A DNA stretch of 64,000 nucleotides, from positions 64,001 through 128,000 of IMG/VR virus record IMGVR_UViG_3300032116_000032. One strand, given 5' to 3'. Below the pieces are notes generated by a model that was not told the DNA's origin, did no database searches, and saw only the letters and a list, made by a program, of their open reading frames with translations. Numbering within the stretch: the stretch's first letter is position 1; each line of letters begins with the position of its first letter. This DNA comes from a virus. This document shows, one piece after another, positions 1-10,929 of the stretch. Position numbers and translations under genes: made by a program.

Positions 1-1
1 T

Positions 2-1474
2 TTAGTTAATGGTGCTGGACAACCTTTTGAAACTGTCTATGACATTGATTTTGCATCACCAATTAATGCTGAAGGATCACCAAACAGATTAAAAATACCA
101 AATTTTGATTCAAGTGGTAAATTGATAAATTACACCATTGTTAAAAGAGAAGTTGTTGTAAATGGAGTTACAAAAGTGTTCAAAAGAACAATTACCGCAA
201 ATGATGTAAAACCATATTTAGAGTTATTTCTCCCTGAAAAAAATATATTAGGAATTACAAGTGTGTTGTTGAAACCAGGAACACAATATTCAACAGTACC
301 AAATCCGCAAGATTTTTTAAGTTTGGGGCCTGAAAGATGGTTTGAGGTTGATGCATTAGTTCAAGATAGAGTTTTTGTTGAAGACCCAACTAAAGTTTCA
401 GATCAACCAGGTATTAAAGTTGGAAGATACATCACAACCTCTAATAAATTTATTTCTGAATACACACCACAAGGTTTCTGTAAAATGACTTTTGGTGGTG
501 GTAACATTTCGGCCGAAGAACAACTAAGAGAATTCGCTAGAGATGGTAAAGGATTTGATTTAAGTAGATATACTAACAATTACGCTATGGGTGCGGCTTT
601 AACACCAAATACAACACTATTCGTTCAATACAGAATTGGGGGTGGATTAGCTAGTAATGTAGGTCTAAATACAATCAATCAAATTGGTACAGTTTCATTC
701 GCAGTTAATGGACCTTCTGATTCTGTAAATAGAAGTGTTATTAATAGTCTTCAGTGTAATAACGTAACTGCCGCAATTGGTGGTGCTAATTTACCAACAA
801 CAGAAGATGTTAGAAATATGGTTTCATTTAACTTCGCAGCTCAGAACAGAGCAGTAACTGTTAATGATTATAATTCATTAATAAGAACAATGCCGTCACA
901 ATATGGCGCACCAGCAAAAGTTGCAATCACTGAAGAAAATAATAAAATTAGAATCAAAATGTTGTCATACGACACTAATGGTAGTTTATCTAATGTTGTT
1001 TCAAATACTTTAAAACAAAACATCGCAAATTATTTATCTAACTTCAGAATGATCAATGATTATATTTCCGTTGAAGCGGCAGAAACAATTGATTTGGCTG
1101 TTACTGTTGATGTTGTATTAGATAATAGTCAAAACCAAGGTGCAATTATTTCAAAAACAATTGAAATTGTTAGTAACTTCTTTAATCCATTAGTTATACA
1201 GTTAGGTCAAAATGTAAACATATCTGAACTTAGAAGACTAATACAAGCAGAAAACGGTATAGTTAGTATTTCTGACATTTCATTCTTTAATCAAGTTGGA
1301 GGTCAATACTCTTCGGCACAAACATCTATGCCTTATTCGGATCCTGTAACAAGACAAATACAACCAACGGCAGATACTTTGTTTGCAACTCCAACACAAA
1401 TCTATCAAATTCGATTCCCAAACAAAGATATTAATGTAAGAGTATTGAACTTGAAATCCGTTAATTTCTCATAG
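2..1474 (+). CDS. Baseplate wedge protein (T4 gp6/baseplate J-like), 5' truncated by the window edge
   Basis: Frame is open from position 2 (LVNGAGQPFETVYDIDF...). It contains YRIGGGLASNVG, GGANLPTTEDVR and AQNRAVTVNDY, typical of gp6/J wedge proteins. Confidence 0.8.
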   Translation, partial: LVNGAGQPFETVYDIDFASPINAEGSPNRLKIPNFDSSGKLINYTIVKREVVVNGVTKVFKRTITANDVKPYLELFLPEKNILGITSVLLKPGTQYSTVPNPQDFLSLGPERWFEVDALVQDRVFVEDPTKVSDQPGIKVGRYITTSNKFISEYTPQGFCKMTFGGGNISAEEQLREFARDGKGFDLSRYTNNYAMGAALTPNTTLFVQYRIGGGLASNVGLNTINQIGTVSFAVNGPSDSVNRSVINSLQCNNVTAAIGGANLPTTEDVRNMVSFNFAAQNRAVTVNDYNSLIRTMPSQYGAPAKVAITEENNKIRIKMLSYDTNGSLSNVVSNTLKQNIANYLSNFRMINDYISVEAAETIDLAVTVDVVLDNSQNQGAIISKTIEIVSNFFNPLVIQLGQNVNISELRRLIQAENGIVSISDISFFNQVGGQYSSAQTSMPYSDPVTRQIQPTADTLFATPTQIYQIRFPNKDINVRVLNLKSVNFS

Positions 1475-1527
1475 GGATTTATTTTTTTTCAAAAGGGACT
1501 ATTTTTCTATGAAAATAGGAAATAAAC

Positions 1528-1534
1528 TATTTAT
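1528..1534 (+). promoter_or_regulatory. TATTTAT putative late promoter (first of about 17 copies; listed in findings)
   Basis: Same heptamer recurs 5-30 nt upstream of start codons on both strands. Confidence 0.65.
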
Positions 1535-1552
1535 GAAAAAACGATTTTTTTA

Positions 1553-4500
1553 ATGCCAAAATCATACAGAATAAGAACCGAAGTTGGTGTTGACAAGTAC
1601 ATCAATGTAAATTTAGAACAAGATTGGGAGTCTTTAGAAGTACTCTCACTGAAAATACTTGCAAATGATGTTTATACAAGAATGTGTGCTGATTACGGAG
1701 TTGTGGTTGGTAGAGTTTTTGTGAATAATGGTTTTGGTTTACCAAATGCAAGGGTTTCTGTTTTTATTCCCCTTGATGATGCGGATGAACTAAATCCTGT
1801 AATTTCAGAATTATACCCATACAAAACTATCACAGATACTAATGAAGAAGGTTATAGATATAACTTACTTCCCAAGTTACCATCATACAGAGGTCACCAA
1901 TCTACAGGATCATTCCCAAATGTGTCTGATGTATTAATGGATGACTCATACATTGAAGTCTACGATAAGTATTATAGATTTACTGTTAAAACTAATGAGA
2001 GTGGTGACTTTATGATTTTTGGTGTTCCTGTTGGAAACCAAACTATTGTTATGGATGTTGATCTTTCCGATATTGGATGTTTTTCATTATCACCACAAGA
2101 TTTAATTCAACAAGGATTAGCAACAGAGTCTCAAGTGAATGGATCTACATTCAAATCCTCAACAAATCTAAGAGAGTTACCACAAATTAAAAATTTAGTT
2201 TTTGACGTTGACGTATCTCCTTTTTGGGGAGATCCTGATTTATGTCAAGTTGCGATAACACGAGTTGATTTTGATTTGACAAAATTAGCAAACATTAATA
2301 TACAACCGACCTCAATTTTCATGGGGTCAATTATATCTACAACAGATGATGATGCATTAAAAGTAAGTTGTAAACCAAAAAACAATACAGGAAATCTTTG
2401 TGAAATAGTTTCAGGACCTGGCGAAATTTTGGCAATTAGACACACAATCAATTCTGACGATCAAGGATTACCAATACTTGAACAATATCAAATAGAAGAG
2501 GAAGGAAAAGTTATCGATCAAGATGGAACATACCTATTGAATGTTCCTATGAATTTGGATTACGTTTTTACAAATGAATTTGGTCAACAAGTATTATCTG
2601 ACGACCCATCAAAAGGTATCCCAACAAAAGGTAGATATAGATTTAAATTTAAATGGCAAAACGAACAAGGATTACAAGGGAGTTTTTTACGAGCCAATTT
2701 TTTAGTCCCTAATGTTAAAGAATATGGATGGACAAATTATACTGTAGATCCATTAACAAATAACACACCCTCAACATACCCTTATAATTTAGGTGTTGGT
2801 GTTGTCACAGGATCTACAGTTGTTTTTGGGACGGCACAAGGATTGGCAGACCCAACAACAACCAATGTCCAATCTTATATAATATACATAAATGGACAAC
2901 CATATACAGGAACTCTAAACGCTATTGAAATAACACCAGGAGATCAACTTCAAATTGTTGCAAATCCTGTTGACCCCTCTCAACCACAAGTTATAACATT
3001 TAAACAATACCCACAAGCTCTATTTGATCTTTACAGATCATATGCCTTTAGTACCGATTGGGATGATTATGTTAACAAACAAGAAGCAATCAATTGTGAA
3101 GATACCTTTTACGAATTCCAATACAATAAAGTCTATACAACGGCAATGTTCCTTGATAGATATAAAAACGGAATTGGAAGGGCAAAACATTTAGGTATAA
3201 AAGAAATTGACAACAGAACTTGTAAATCAACTGTTAACACTTTTCCAGTAAATGATATAATAAGGAACTTTGATCCTATTTTTTTTGTTTTTAATGTACT
3301 TGTTAATATTTTGACATTCCCAATTTTGGTATTGTTATTTGTCGCCCACTTGATTGCGTTATTGTGGCCTGTATTGAAATACTTGTTATTATTCCTTGGA
3401 CCATATATTGTATATCAGGGTGTTTCTGCGGGAATAGATTTAGTTTATTATATTACTAGTCTTGGTGATTTTGCACCATTAGGAGGACCGGTAATTTCAA
3501 TTGGTACTATTTTACAAATTATTGCTCAAGGGCTCAAAGTTATAATTCAAGTCGCAGCTGGTTTGGCGTTTACATATTTTTATACAAAATTCTTTCTTGA
3601 TAATACCCAAAATGGTAAGATAGACAATTTCCCAAGAATTGGTCTACCTATGATTGCATATCCTGACTGTACAAGTTGTGATTGTGATTGTGGAACAGCA
3701 ACTTTGGATGATGACTTTGATGCAAATACTTTAGCACAAGAACAACAGGAAATTCAAAATAGTTTACAAGACCCCTCAAGCGGACTTGGGTTTGATGTAG
3801 TATTGACTCAAACAAATAGTGTAATTGCGCCTGTTAATTCTCCTGGATCATACGATGTTTCCCATCCTAATTTTGAAAACGATGATAATGGAGACGACCC
3901 ATTCCAATGTGGAAGTACGGGCGGATTCAAAAGTTTTGAGTCATTATTAGGACAAAACGATATTAGCACTGCGGTTGCTGTAAAGGCGGCCTTGGATTTC
4001 AAAAGAATAATTTCAGGTTATGATGTATTATCATCAACCGACCCAAATAAATTATATAGTAACGAACAATATTTGTTACATGCTCCTCAACCGTTTTTAT
4101 GGTCTGCAAACAAACAAGGGGCTGGTATTGCAGATGAAAGGTATTTTGCTTACCCAACAACGGCAACTTTTCCACAACAATTAAATCAATTCAATACAAG
4201 AGATAAATATTTTTCAGGTGTTAACCAAATCAAAACAACTGTAAACCCAATTTCAGGTTCAACACCATTTTTTGATCAAGTTGTTGTTGTTTTGATGAAT
4301 TCAGGAACCGCAGCGTCAATTACACCTGGTGGTATTTGTTCTTTCCAAGATCCAAACTATATGGATTCAGGTTCTCAGTTTAGAATGAGAAACCTTACGG
4401 GTGCAACACTGAATCAATTTGGTAACAATGCAATTACAGGTTTAACAACCACAGGTGTTACAACATATACTGTGAATTATGCAGACCCATCTAACTCAAA

Positions 4501-7144
4501 TGGAACATCAAGTTTACCGGCAATAATTTATATTGATCAACCACAAGTTAGTCAAGTTGCGGGAACTATAACACAAGAACAAAGTTTTTTACAATATCCG
4601 ACAGATATAGAATATTTCCAATTGTTAACTGGTTTAACTGTAACAGACTTTGTAAACACTTCTTTAGGAACATCAGGATATTACAAAAGTGCTTATTTAG
4701 AACACAATGTACAATTTAATTATCCAATATGTAATGGAAATAATGTGCCTATTTGTCCTTCTTTTGGTCCATACACAATCCAAGACGTTTTATACACTAT
4801 GCCGAATTGGCAAAATTTTGAAGTTTGTATTTTTGTTCGAGGTGTTGACCCTCACACCGCACCTCAAACAATTTCTTACGACGTGTCTAAAATATTTGGT
4901 CATACTTCGTTCAATGGAAGTGTAGTGATCAGTGGTAGTTATTATTTGAATGTACCAATACAAAGTTCTACGGTATCTCAAAAACCTCAAACACACAATA
5001 CAACAAATAACAATAATGTTAAATTGTATTTTCCATCTTATAATTTTACAATTACACCACCAAGTATCAACCCAAACAACTATAGCGGTTTTACATCAAA
5101 TTTACCTTATTTTTATTTAAGTACTGATGACACACCATCATATACACCAACACCTGGATGGTTAAATGTATCAACACAAACACAAGGTTCTCCTTTTGTT
5201 TATGTTGACTCGAGTTCACAATATACTTTACCAAGAAACCAAGCAAATCCAACGACATATGTTGGGGGTGGTGCGTTTTTAGGATGGGTTGGTAACAATC
5301 CGTTTTCATCAAACATGTTGACTGATACCGCAATATCTGACGATAATCAAAAGAAACAATATTATAACACTAATGCGGGATATTTTCAACAACAATCTTC
5401 ATGTGGAGGAAATGGTAATCTAAGTTCTTTATATTCTCCGGCATATTATAATCAATCTTTTTCACCTATAAATTTTGGAAATTCACTTCTTATAATCATG
5501 AGAAGTGATAGGTTACCAACCTCAACAAGAGTTGAAAATGGAGCAAGTCCTACAACAGGATATGCTTTACATCAGAACAACAATTTTGCGGTTTATACTG
5601 TTAGTGGTGAATTAGAACCACCAACAATAACTGCAGGTGCTGACTTACCATCAGGTGATAGTTTTGATGAAACTGGACCAACTTCAGCTTTGACCTCTAC
5701 TTTAACATGTGAAGGTATGGTTCCTTTAGAGTGTTATAGCGGTTCAGGAAATAATGTTGGTGTAATACCTGCAGGACAATGTTCTATACCTGAAAACAGG
5801 ATGATAAATGGATGTTACTGTCTTCTTAATAAAAAATATGTCAAAGAGTATGGTTCAGATGTGAGATTATTTTTAGAATGGAAAGTTAGATTTACCATGA
5901 ACTTTGCTGCGTGTAGAGGAGTTTTTGCTCAAGTATTCCAAAACAATTGGATCAACGGAGTTCTTTATATGTTTAATTTTAACAAAAGACAAACATTCGG
6001 TGTTAATCCATTGATACCAAATTATGATTATTGTACTGATGTTATTGTATTTGACGACATTAATAATAGTTTTTTCTACAGATCATCTCCTTGGAATAAA
6101 ACCATCCAACAATTTATTGGTAAGAATAAACCACAAATTAATCCATTAATACCACAAAGATTGGCAACATTCCCAGGTTTTGGGTATAATGATAGACAAA
6201 TCCAATTTCCAACTACACTTACAGATTTAGGACCAAGAGACTTTTTTATAAATGAGATCTGTTGTGGGGCTGGTGAAAACGGGTTTGGATCCTATTATGC
6301 TGACCAATTAAAATCTACCTCATATCAAGATAACTCAGACATTATACAACTTGGGTTTTTATCAAGAATATTGAATGAAGGTGTAAGACAAAGAATATTA
6401 CCAATAGGACAAGGTCAAAATAATACTGAGGGTAAAGGAATTGAACAATTCTTCAATAGCACAAGGGGAGGATACAGAATAGACGGAGATTGGGCACAAA
6501 TGTTATCAATCAACTCGGAATGGAAGGTTTTACCATTTATAAGTGAAAACCTTACAGGACCAAATGCTAATGATTTTATTTTCTTTGGTGATAATTATTA
6601 TCCTGCAACCCCTCCATCAGGGGCAAATGATATAAAACCTATTATGGGACTATTTTTCCAAACCCCTCTTGAAAATTTAAGATATAGAAAAATTGAATCA
6701 CCAGGTATTGAAACGTATAACTTCAACCCATTAATTCAAAATTACTTTGGATATGGTAAATCACAAGTGGTTCCACATTACAAGTGGAGTTTAAAACAAA
6801 GTAACCCAAGTCAAAACATATTTGGAACTGAAGACAATAATTGGTATACAAATGTTGTTGGACAAGGTTTCTTTAAGAAAAAATACCAAGATCTAGATTT
6901 TACAACTTTGGGTGAAAAGTATATTACAAGTACTACTAATTTAGGTTACATTTCAAACTATACATTAGCTGGTGTACCTGAACCACTTATACCGCCATCA
7001 GTTGTCAATCAGGGACAACCTATTGGTAGCGCTAATCAAGCAGTAGTTGTCGGAGCACCTTACCATTTCTACTTTGGTTTGAACAATGGTAAAACTGCTT
7101 TGAATAGATTCTATAAACTTTATGTAGCAACAACAGAAGAATGA
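1553..7144 (+). CDS. Large baseplate/tail-associated virion protein (1863 aa), beta-sandwich-like N-terminus, internal hydrophobic segment
   Basis: Long ORF directly after the wedge gene and preceded by TATTTAT. It is T/N/G/P-rich and has a hydrophobic stretch at about 3270-3590. Confidence 0.6.
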   Translation: MPKSYRIRTEVGVDKYINVNLEQDWESLEVLSLKILANDVYTRMCADYGVVVGRVFVNNGFGLPNARVSVFIPLDDADELNPVISELYPYKTITDTNEEGYRYNLLPKLPSYRGHQSTGSFPNVSDVLMDDSYIEVYDKYYRFTVKTNESGDFMIFGVPVGNQTIVMDVDLSDIGCFSLSPQDLIQQGLATESQVNGSTFKSSTNLRELPQIKNLVFDVDVSPFWGDPDLCQVAITRVDFDLTKLANINIQPTSIFMGSIISTTDDDALKVSCKPKNNTGNLCEIVSGPGEILAIRHTINSDDQGLPILEQYQIEEEGKVIDQDGTYLLNVPMNLDYVFTNEFGQQVLSDDPSKGIPTKGRYRFKFKWQNEQGLQGSFLRANFLVPNVKEYGWTNYTVDPLTNNTPSTYPYNLGVGVVTGSTVVFGTAQGLADPTTTNVQSYIIYINGQPYTGTLNAIEITPGDQLQIVANPVDPSQPQVITFKQYPQALFDLYRSYAFSTDWDDYVNKQEAINCEDTFYEFQYNKVYTTAMFLDRYKNGIGRAKHLGIKEIDNRTCKSTVNTFPVNDIIRNFDPIFFVFNVLVNILTFPILVLLFVAHLIALLWPVLKYLLLFLGPYIVYQGVSAGIDLVYYITSLGDFAPLGGPVISIGTILQIIAQGLKVIIQVAAGLAFTYFYTKFFLDNTQNGKIDNFPRIGLPMIAYPDCTSCDCDCGTATLDDDFDANTLAQEQQEIQNSLQDPSSGLGFDVVLTQTNSVIAPVNSPGSYDVSHPNFENDDNGDDPFQCGSTGGFKSFESLLGQNDISTAVAVKAALDFKRIISGYDVLSSTDPNKLYSNEQYLLHAPQPFLWSANKQGAGIADERYFAYPTTATFPQQLNQFNTRDKYFSGVNQIKTTVNPISGSTPFFDQVVVVLMNSGTAASITPGGICSFQDPNYMDSGSQFRMRNLTGATLNQFGNNAITGLTTTGVTTYTVNYADPSNSNGTSSLPAIIYIDQPQVSQVAGTITQEQSFLQYPTDIEYFQLLTGLTVTDFVNTSLGTSGYYKSAYLEHNVQFNYPICNGNNVPICPSFGPYTIQDVLYTMPNWQNFEVCIFVRGVDPHTAPQTISYDVSKIFGHTSFNGSVVISGSYYLNVPIQSSTVSQKPQTHNTTNNNNVKLYFPSYNFTITPPSINPNNYSGFTSNLPYFYLSTDDTPSYTPTPGWLNVSTQTQGSPFVYVDSSSQYTLPRNQANPTTYVGGGAFLGWVGNNPFSSNMLTDTAISDDNQKKQYYNTNAGYFQQQSSCGGNGNLSSLYSPAYYNQSFSPINFGNSLLIIMRSDRLPTSTRVENGASPTTGYALHQNNNFAVYTVSGELEPPTITAGADLPSGDSFDETGPTSALTSTLTCEGMVPLECYSGSGNNVGVIPAGQCSIPENRMINGCYCLLNKKYVKEYGSDVRLFLEWKVRFTMNFAACRGVFAQVFQNNWINGVLYMFNFNKRQTFGVNPLIPNYDYCTDVIVFDDINNSFFYRSSPWNKTIQQFIGKNKPQINPLIPQRLATFPGFGYNDRQIQFPTTLTDLGPRDFFINEICCGAGENGFGSYYADQLKSTSYQDNSDIIQLGFLSRILNEGVRQRILPIGQGQNNTEGKGIEQFFNSTRGGYRIDGDWAQMLSINSEWKVLPFISENLTGPNANDFIFFGDNYYPATPPSGANDIKPIMGLFFQTPLENLRYRKIESPGIETYNFNPLIQNYFGYGKSQVVPHYKWSLKQSNPSQNIFGTEDNNWYTNVVGQGFFKKKYQDLDFTTLGEKYITSTTNLGYISNYTLAGVPEPLIPPSVVNQGQPIGSANQAVVVGAPYHFYFGLNNGKTALNRFYKLYVATTEE

Positions 7145-8937
7145 TGACAGTAGATCCATCAACAAGAATAATAGAATCAACGCAGAGATATAAATCGGCA
7201 CCAAAAGTTGATCAATTTATAAATGTACCGTTCGCTCAAACTTCAAAAGACTTAATCGAATATGATAGAAGTGTTGATTTGAGTTTGGCAACTGTTTTTG
7301 ATGAAGAAAGACAAGCGTCCACAATATTCAGACCTGTTACCAAATTTACGGTTTTATTTGAAAACGCTTATACTGGGTCAACAAAATATGTTCCATATAG
7401 AGATAATCTATATTATACAAATGAACTAAATAACGCTATTCTATATTACCCATCAGGAAATTTTGGACCAAACCCATCAACAGTCCAAACAGTTCAGTGG
7501 ACAGGATTTCCACAATATTATGAATTCGATTTTATACGAACAGATAATGATGTAATTGGTTATACTCAACCACCAAATAATCATTTAGATTTTAAAAACG
7601 TAAGTGCAACAACTTACAATTGGAGTCACTATTTAAGTTATGCTTTTATAAATGATTATAATAAAAATTTATTTGCCGTTGAACCTAATTCTCAAATTAA
7701 TTGGTCTTGGGTTGCTTCAGATGGTTTACCATACTATATAATGGTGGGTAACGATTTGAATGGGTTGAATATTACATTTAAGTGTCCTGTAGAACATGGT
7801 TTACAAGTAGGAGAGTTTGTTTTATTATCAACAAACTATAACGGAACTGAAATGTTTCAGGTATCAAGTTTGGGGGACACTGGAGATGGATCGGACGCAT
7901 TTATTTTCAACATTAAAAATATTGGTTATACAGGAACAACATTCCAAACAAATTCACAAGGGACTTTCAAAAGAGTTATAAATGCCGCAAATTCGGGAGA
8001 TACTGTTAGTGAATATTATATAAGAAAACACAGAATATTAACAAATCAAGAATGTTCTGTCTTAGTAAATGCAGGGTTTGAAAGAAATATTTATGGAGAT
8101 AAAAGAAAATGTGAAATAAAAGTTTTAACACCAAATAACAAAGCTAGAGTGTCAACAAAAGAAGGTAATAGATCGTATACCCTTTCATTTAATTGTGATG
8201 TTGATATACAACCATTGAGAGATAACCAAGGAAGACCCTTAAGTGAATTATTTTTTACGTCAATTTGGAGAGGTTATTTTGGATGGACTAAAGATCTAAA
8301 ACAAGGGTGGTACTTTAACACCTTCTTAGAGAATAAAAAACCTCAATCATGGTGGGATGACAATAATGTTAACTCAAATGTTATTGTTAATCAAAATAGT
8401 TATGTTTCATTGTTAGGATCAGGACCTTTCTTTTATAATGATTTTTTACAGTCTGGTGACACTATAGATGGTGATTATTGTGAGTGGAATAATTACGAAC
8501 AATTAGAAAGAGTTATTTCTTTGTATCAACATAAAATAAAATATAACCCATTATGGTTCACACTTTATAATGATTTCTTACCCACAAATCAGCCAGGTTA
8601 TTTTTATCAACCACACAGTGCAATACAAATTGCGGCATTTTCAGATTACATTGAAGAGGGTGATTCATCAAATGTTGTTGGTATTCCTGATTATGCTTAT
8701 TACTCAACTATGGCGGCATTATTTAGATGGAGAGATAAATATCCTTATGGTTTTATTGATACTGACGGTATTGGTGTTGATTATCCGTTCTTAAATAATG
8801 CTCATTATCCTTATAAAAATACAATTTTTAGAATTACTCCTGAATTATATAATATACCAAATGATTATGCAATTTCAGGTTCGGTTCCATTGAACATAAC
8901 AACAATAGCAGAACCAACTACAGATGAATGCGAATAG
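7141..8937 (+). CDS. Putative virion structural protein (598 aa)
   Basis: ATGA overlap with the previous gene; lies in the structural operon; aromatic/Asn-rich composition. Confidence 0.55.
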   Translation: MMTVDPSTRIIESTQRYKSAPKVDQFINVPFAQTSKDLIEYDRSVDLSLATVFDEERQASTIFRPVTKFTVLFENAYTGSTKYVPYRDNLYYTNELNNAILYYPSGNFGPNPSTVQTVQWTGFPQYYEFDFIRTDNDVIGYTQPPNNHLDFKNVSATTYNWSHYLSYAFINDYNKNLFAVEPNSQINWSWVASDGLPYYIMVGNDLNGLNITFKCPVEHGLQVGEFVLLSTNYNGTEMFQVSSLGDTGDGSDAFIFNIKNIGYTGTTFQTNSQGTFKRVINAANSGDTVSEYYIRKHRILTNQECSVLVNAGFERNIYGDKRKCEIKVLTPNNKARVSTKEGNRSYTLSFNCDVDIQPLRDNQGRPLSELFFTSIWRGYFGWTKDLKQGWYFNTFLENKKPQSWWDDNNVNSNVIVNQNSYVSLLGSGPFFYNDFLQSGDTIDGDYCEWNNYEQLERVISLYQHKIKYNPLWFTLYNDFLPTNQPGYFYQPHSAIQIAAFSDYIEEGDSSNVVGIPDYAYYSTMAALFRWRDKYPYGFIDTDGIGVDYPFLNNAHYPYKNTIFRITPELYNIPNDYAISGSVPLNITTIAEPTTDECE

Positions 8938-9727
8938 AATAAAAATTTTAAAAACCGAACTTGAACAATTTGTTAATATACCAATTAACATGCAATGGGA
9001 TTTTATGGGTAAAGATGATGCGATTGATGAATACGAAGTGAGTGTACTTGATCAAGTTATAGGACCTGCGGCGGATTTTGAAATTGCAAGGTTTCCACAT
9101 AATATATTTCAGAATCAAGATACAGCAATTAATTATGAATTTTATTTTTATGATGATTCACAACCAATAACAGCAAACACTGTTGGTAACTGGAATATTT
9201 CATATTTAAATAACGGATTCACCGCGGAAGAAATTTACTACTATTCAAAACCGTTTACTAAATCGTTTTTTAAGTTGGATTTTTATGATACTGCAGATGA
9301 AAGAGATCAACAAATCTATCTATCTGTAATTTTACCTGTTCAACAAGGATTAACACAAACAGTTGTTATATCTCCTTTAGTCCCACCAGTTGAAATTAAA
9401 AAACCAAAAATGGTTTTAGATTATTTAGGTGATAAAGAAGGATTTTTTATTTATTGGTTAAGAAGTAGAGATTTTATAGATGTCGATACTTTTTATGTGA
9501 CTGCAAAATTTTTTGATGCTAGGTTAGGTTTTTTTAAACAAATGACCAATACAAGACAAGATTTAATAACACCAACCAAATTTACTTTTAATAATGCAGA
9601 CTATTTCTATTATAGATATAGTTTGAATTACGCAACTAAAACTTACGAGGTATTCTCCACTTCAACAAACTTAAGAGTTGGGGACGGATTATCACCGATA
9701 AAATGGTATGAATATGTTAATCCATAA
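8924..9727 (+). CDS. Putative virion structural protein (267 aa)
   Basis: Overlapping ORF in the tail operon. Confidence 0.55.
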   Translation: MNANRIKILKTELEQFVNIPINMQWDFMGKDDAIDEYEVSVLDQVIGPAADFEIARFPHNIFQNQDTAINYEFYFYDDSQPITANTVGNWNISYLNNGFTAEEIYYYSKPFTKSFFKLDFYDTADERDQQIYLSVILPVQQGLTQTVVISPLVPPVEIKKPKMVLDYLGDKEGFFIYWLRSRDFIDVDTFYVTAKFFDARLGFFKQMTNTRQDLITPTKFTFNNADYFYYRYSLNYATKTYEVFSTSTNLRVGDGLSPIKWYEYVNP

Positions 9728-10902
9728 TGGAATTACAACAATATAATTTCATAATTTCTCCTGAAAACATCAAGAGTGATTTAGTATTTGTTCCTTATAC
9801 AGGGGAGACAGATATAACGACAATCATAGACCCTTGTTGTTTAACAGCATTTACATTTAGTGCAGTAACAACAGGGACAACAGGTGTTTATTTACCAATG
9901 GAATATGTGTTATCAGGAAATACAGGTGGTACATCATTTTTAACGGGATTAACGGTTAATTTAATGTTTACAGAATCTACTGTGGACATTGGGTATTACA
10001 CGCCAACGGACGGTTTAATTTTACAACTTGACGTTTTAAATAATTTTATTGTAACAGCAAATACAATAAATCCTTACACTTTCACATTTTATAATACTTC
10101 AGATTTAGAGTTAATAAAATTCTTACAATTAGTTACTTATACTTTAGATTGGGGTGATGGATCAGCACCACAAGCAGTCTTAGGTATTTCACCAATAACA
10201 CATACATATCCTGTTAGTCAAACATCTTATACAATAACACTTACGGCAAACTCACCATGGGGTATTTCAAAAGTTCAAAAAGATATTATTGTACCTTACA
10301 CAAATGCAACAATACCAAATCCAAACGGATCAATAACGTTTTATCCTGCGGGAGGTAGTTGGTCGGCAACACCTATAAGTTATGATTATATTTTTACAGG
10401 TGACTCAAACACAAACATAATTGATTATTATTCCTACAATTATACATCAGTTCCATTTCCAATAACAGGTTTAACCTTATCTTCTGTTAACGACTTAGCA
10501 CAATTTGGACCTAAAACAAATTTATATGATGGTAAATTTAAATTAGGAGTTCAGGTTACAGGAACAACAGGGGCTATTGGAACATTTTGGGGACCTGATC
10601 CGAGTAATTCTTATACAGCATATACCATAAATGGTATGACTTATTTGGACTACGAAGATTATACCATTTATGTTACAGATTCTTATGGTTTAGTTCCTGG
10701 TGATATTGTTTTAACGGCATTAACAAAAAATGAGGCTTTATTAAATGTTATAGATCAACCTGAAATCATTACTAATGTTTTTGTTGAGAGAGGTAAATAC
10801 ACACCATTGGAAAATATACAAAGAATTGGGGAAGTTGATAATGTAGGAGACTTAGAAAAATACGGATACAAATATTTCAACATTGAAAAAGTATCAACAT
10901 AA
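9727..10902 (+). CDS. Putative virion protein with PKD-like Ig fold
   Basis: YTLDWGDGSAPQ...THTYPVSQTSYTITLTA matches the PKD WDFGDG...HTY pattern. Confidence 0.6.
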   Translation: MELQQYNFIISPENIKSDLVFVPYTGETDITTIIDPCCLTAFTFSAVTTGTTGVYLPMEYVLSGNTGGTSFLTGLTVNLMFTESTVDIGYYTPTDGLILQLDVLNNFIVTANTINPYTFTFYNTSDLELIKFLQLVTYTLDWGDGSAPQAVLGISPITHTYPVSQTSYTITLTANSPWGISKVQKDIIVPYTNATIPNPNGSITFYPAGGSWSATPISYDYIFTGDSNTNIIDYYSYNYTSVPFPITGLTLSSVNDLAQFGPKTNLYDGKFKLGVQVTGTTGAIGTFWGPDPSNSYTAYTINGMTYLDYEDYTIYVTDSYGLVPGDIVLTALTKNEALLNVIDQPEIITNVFVERGKYTPLENIQRIGEVDNVGDLEKYGYKYFNIEKVST

Positions 10903-10929
10903 CTATTTATAAAAAAAAAGAAAAAACAA

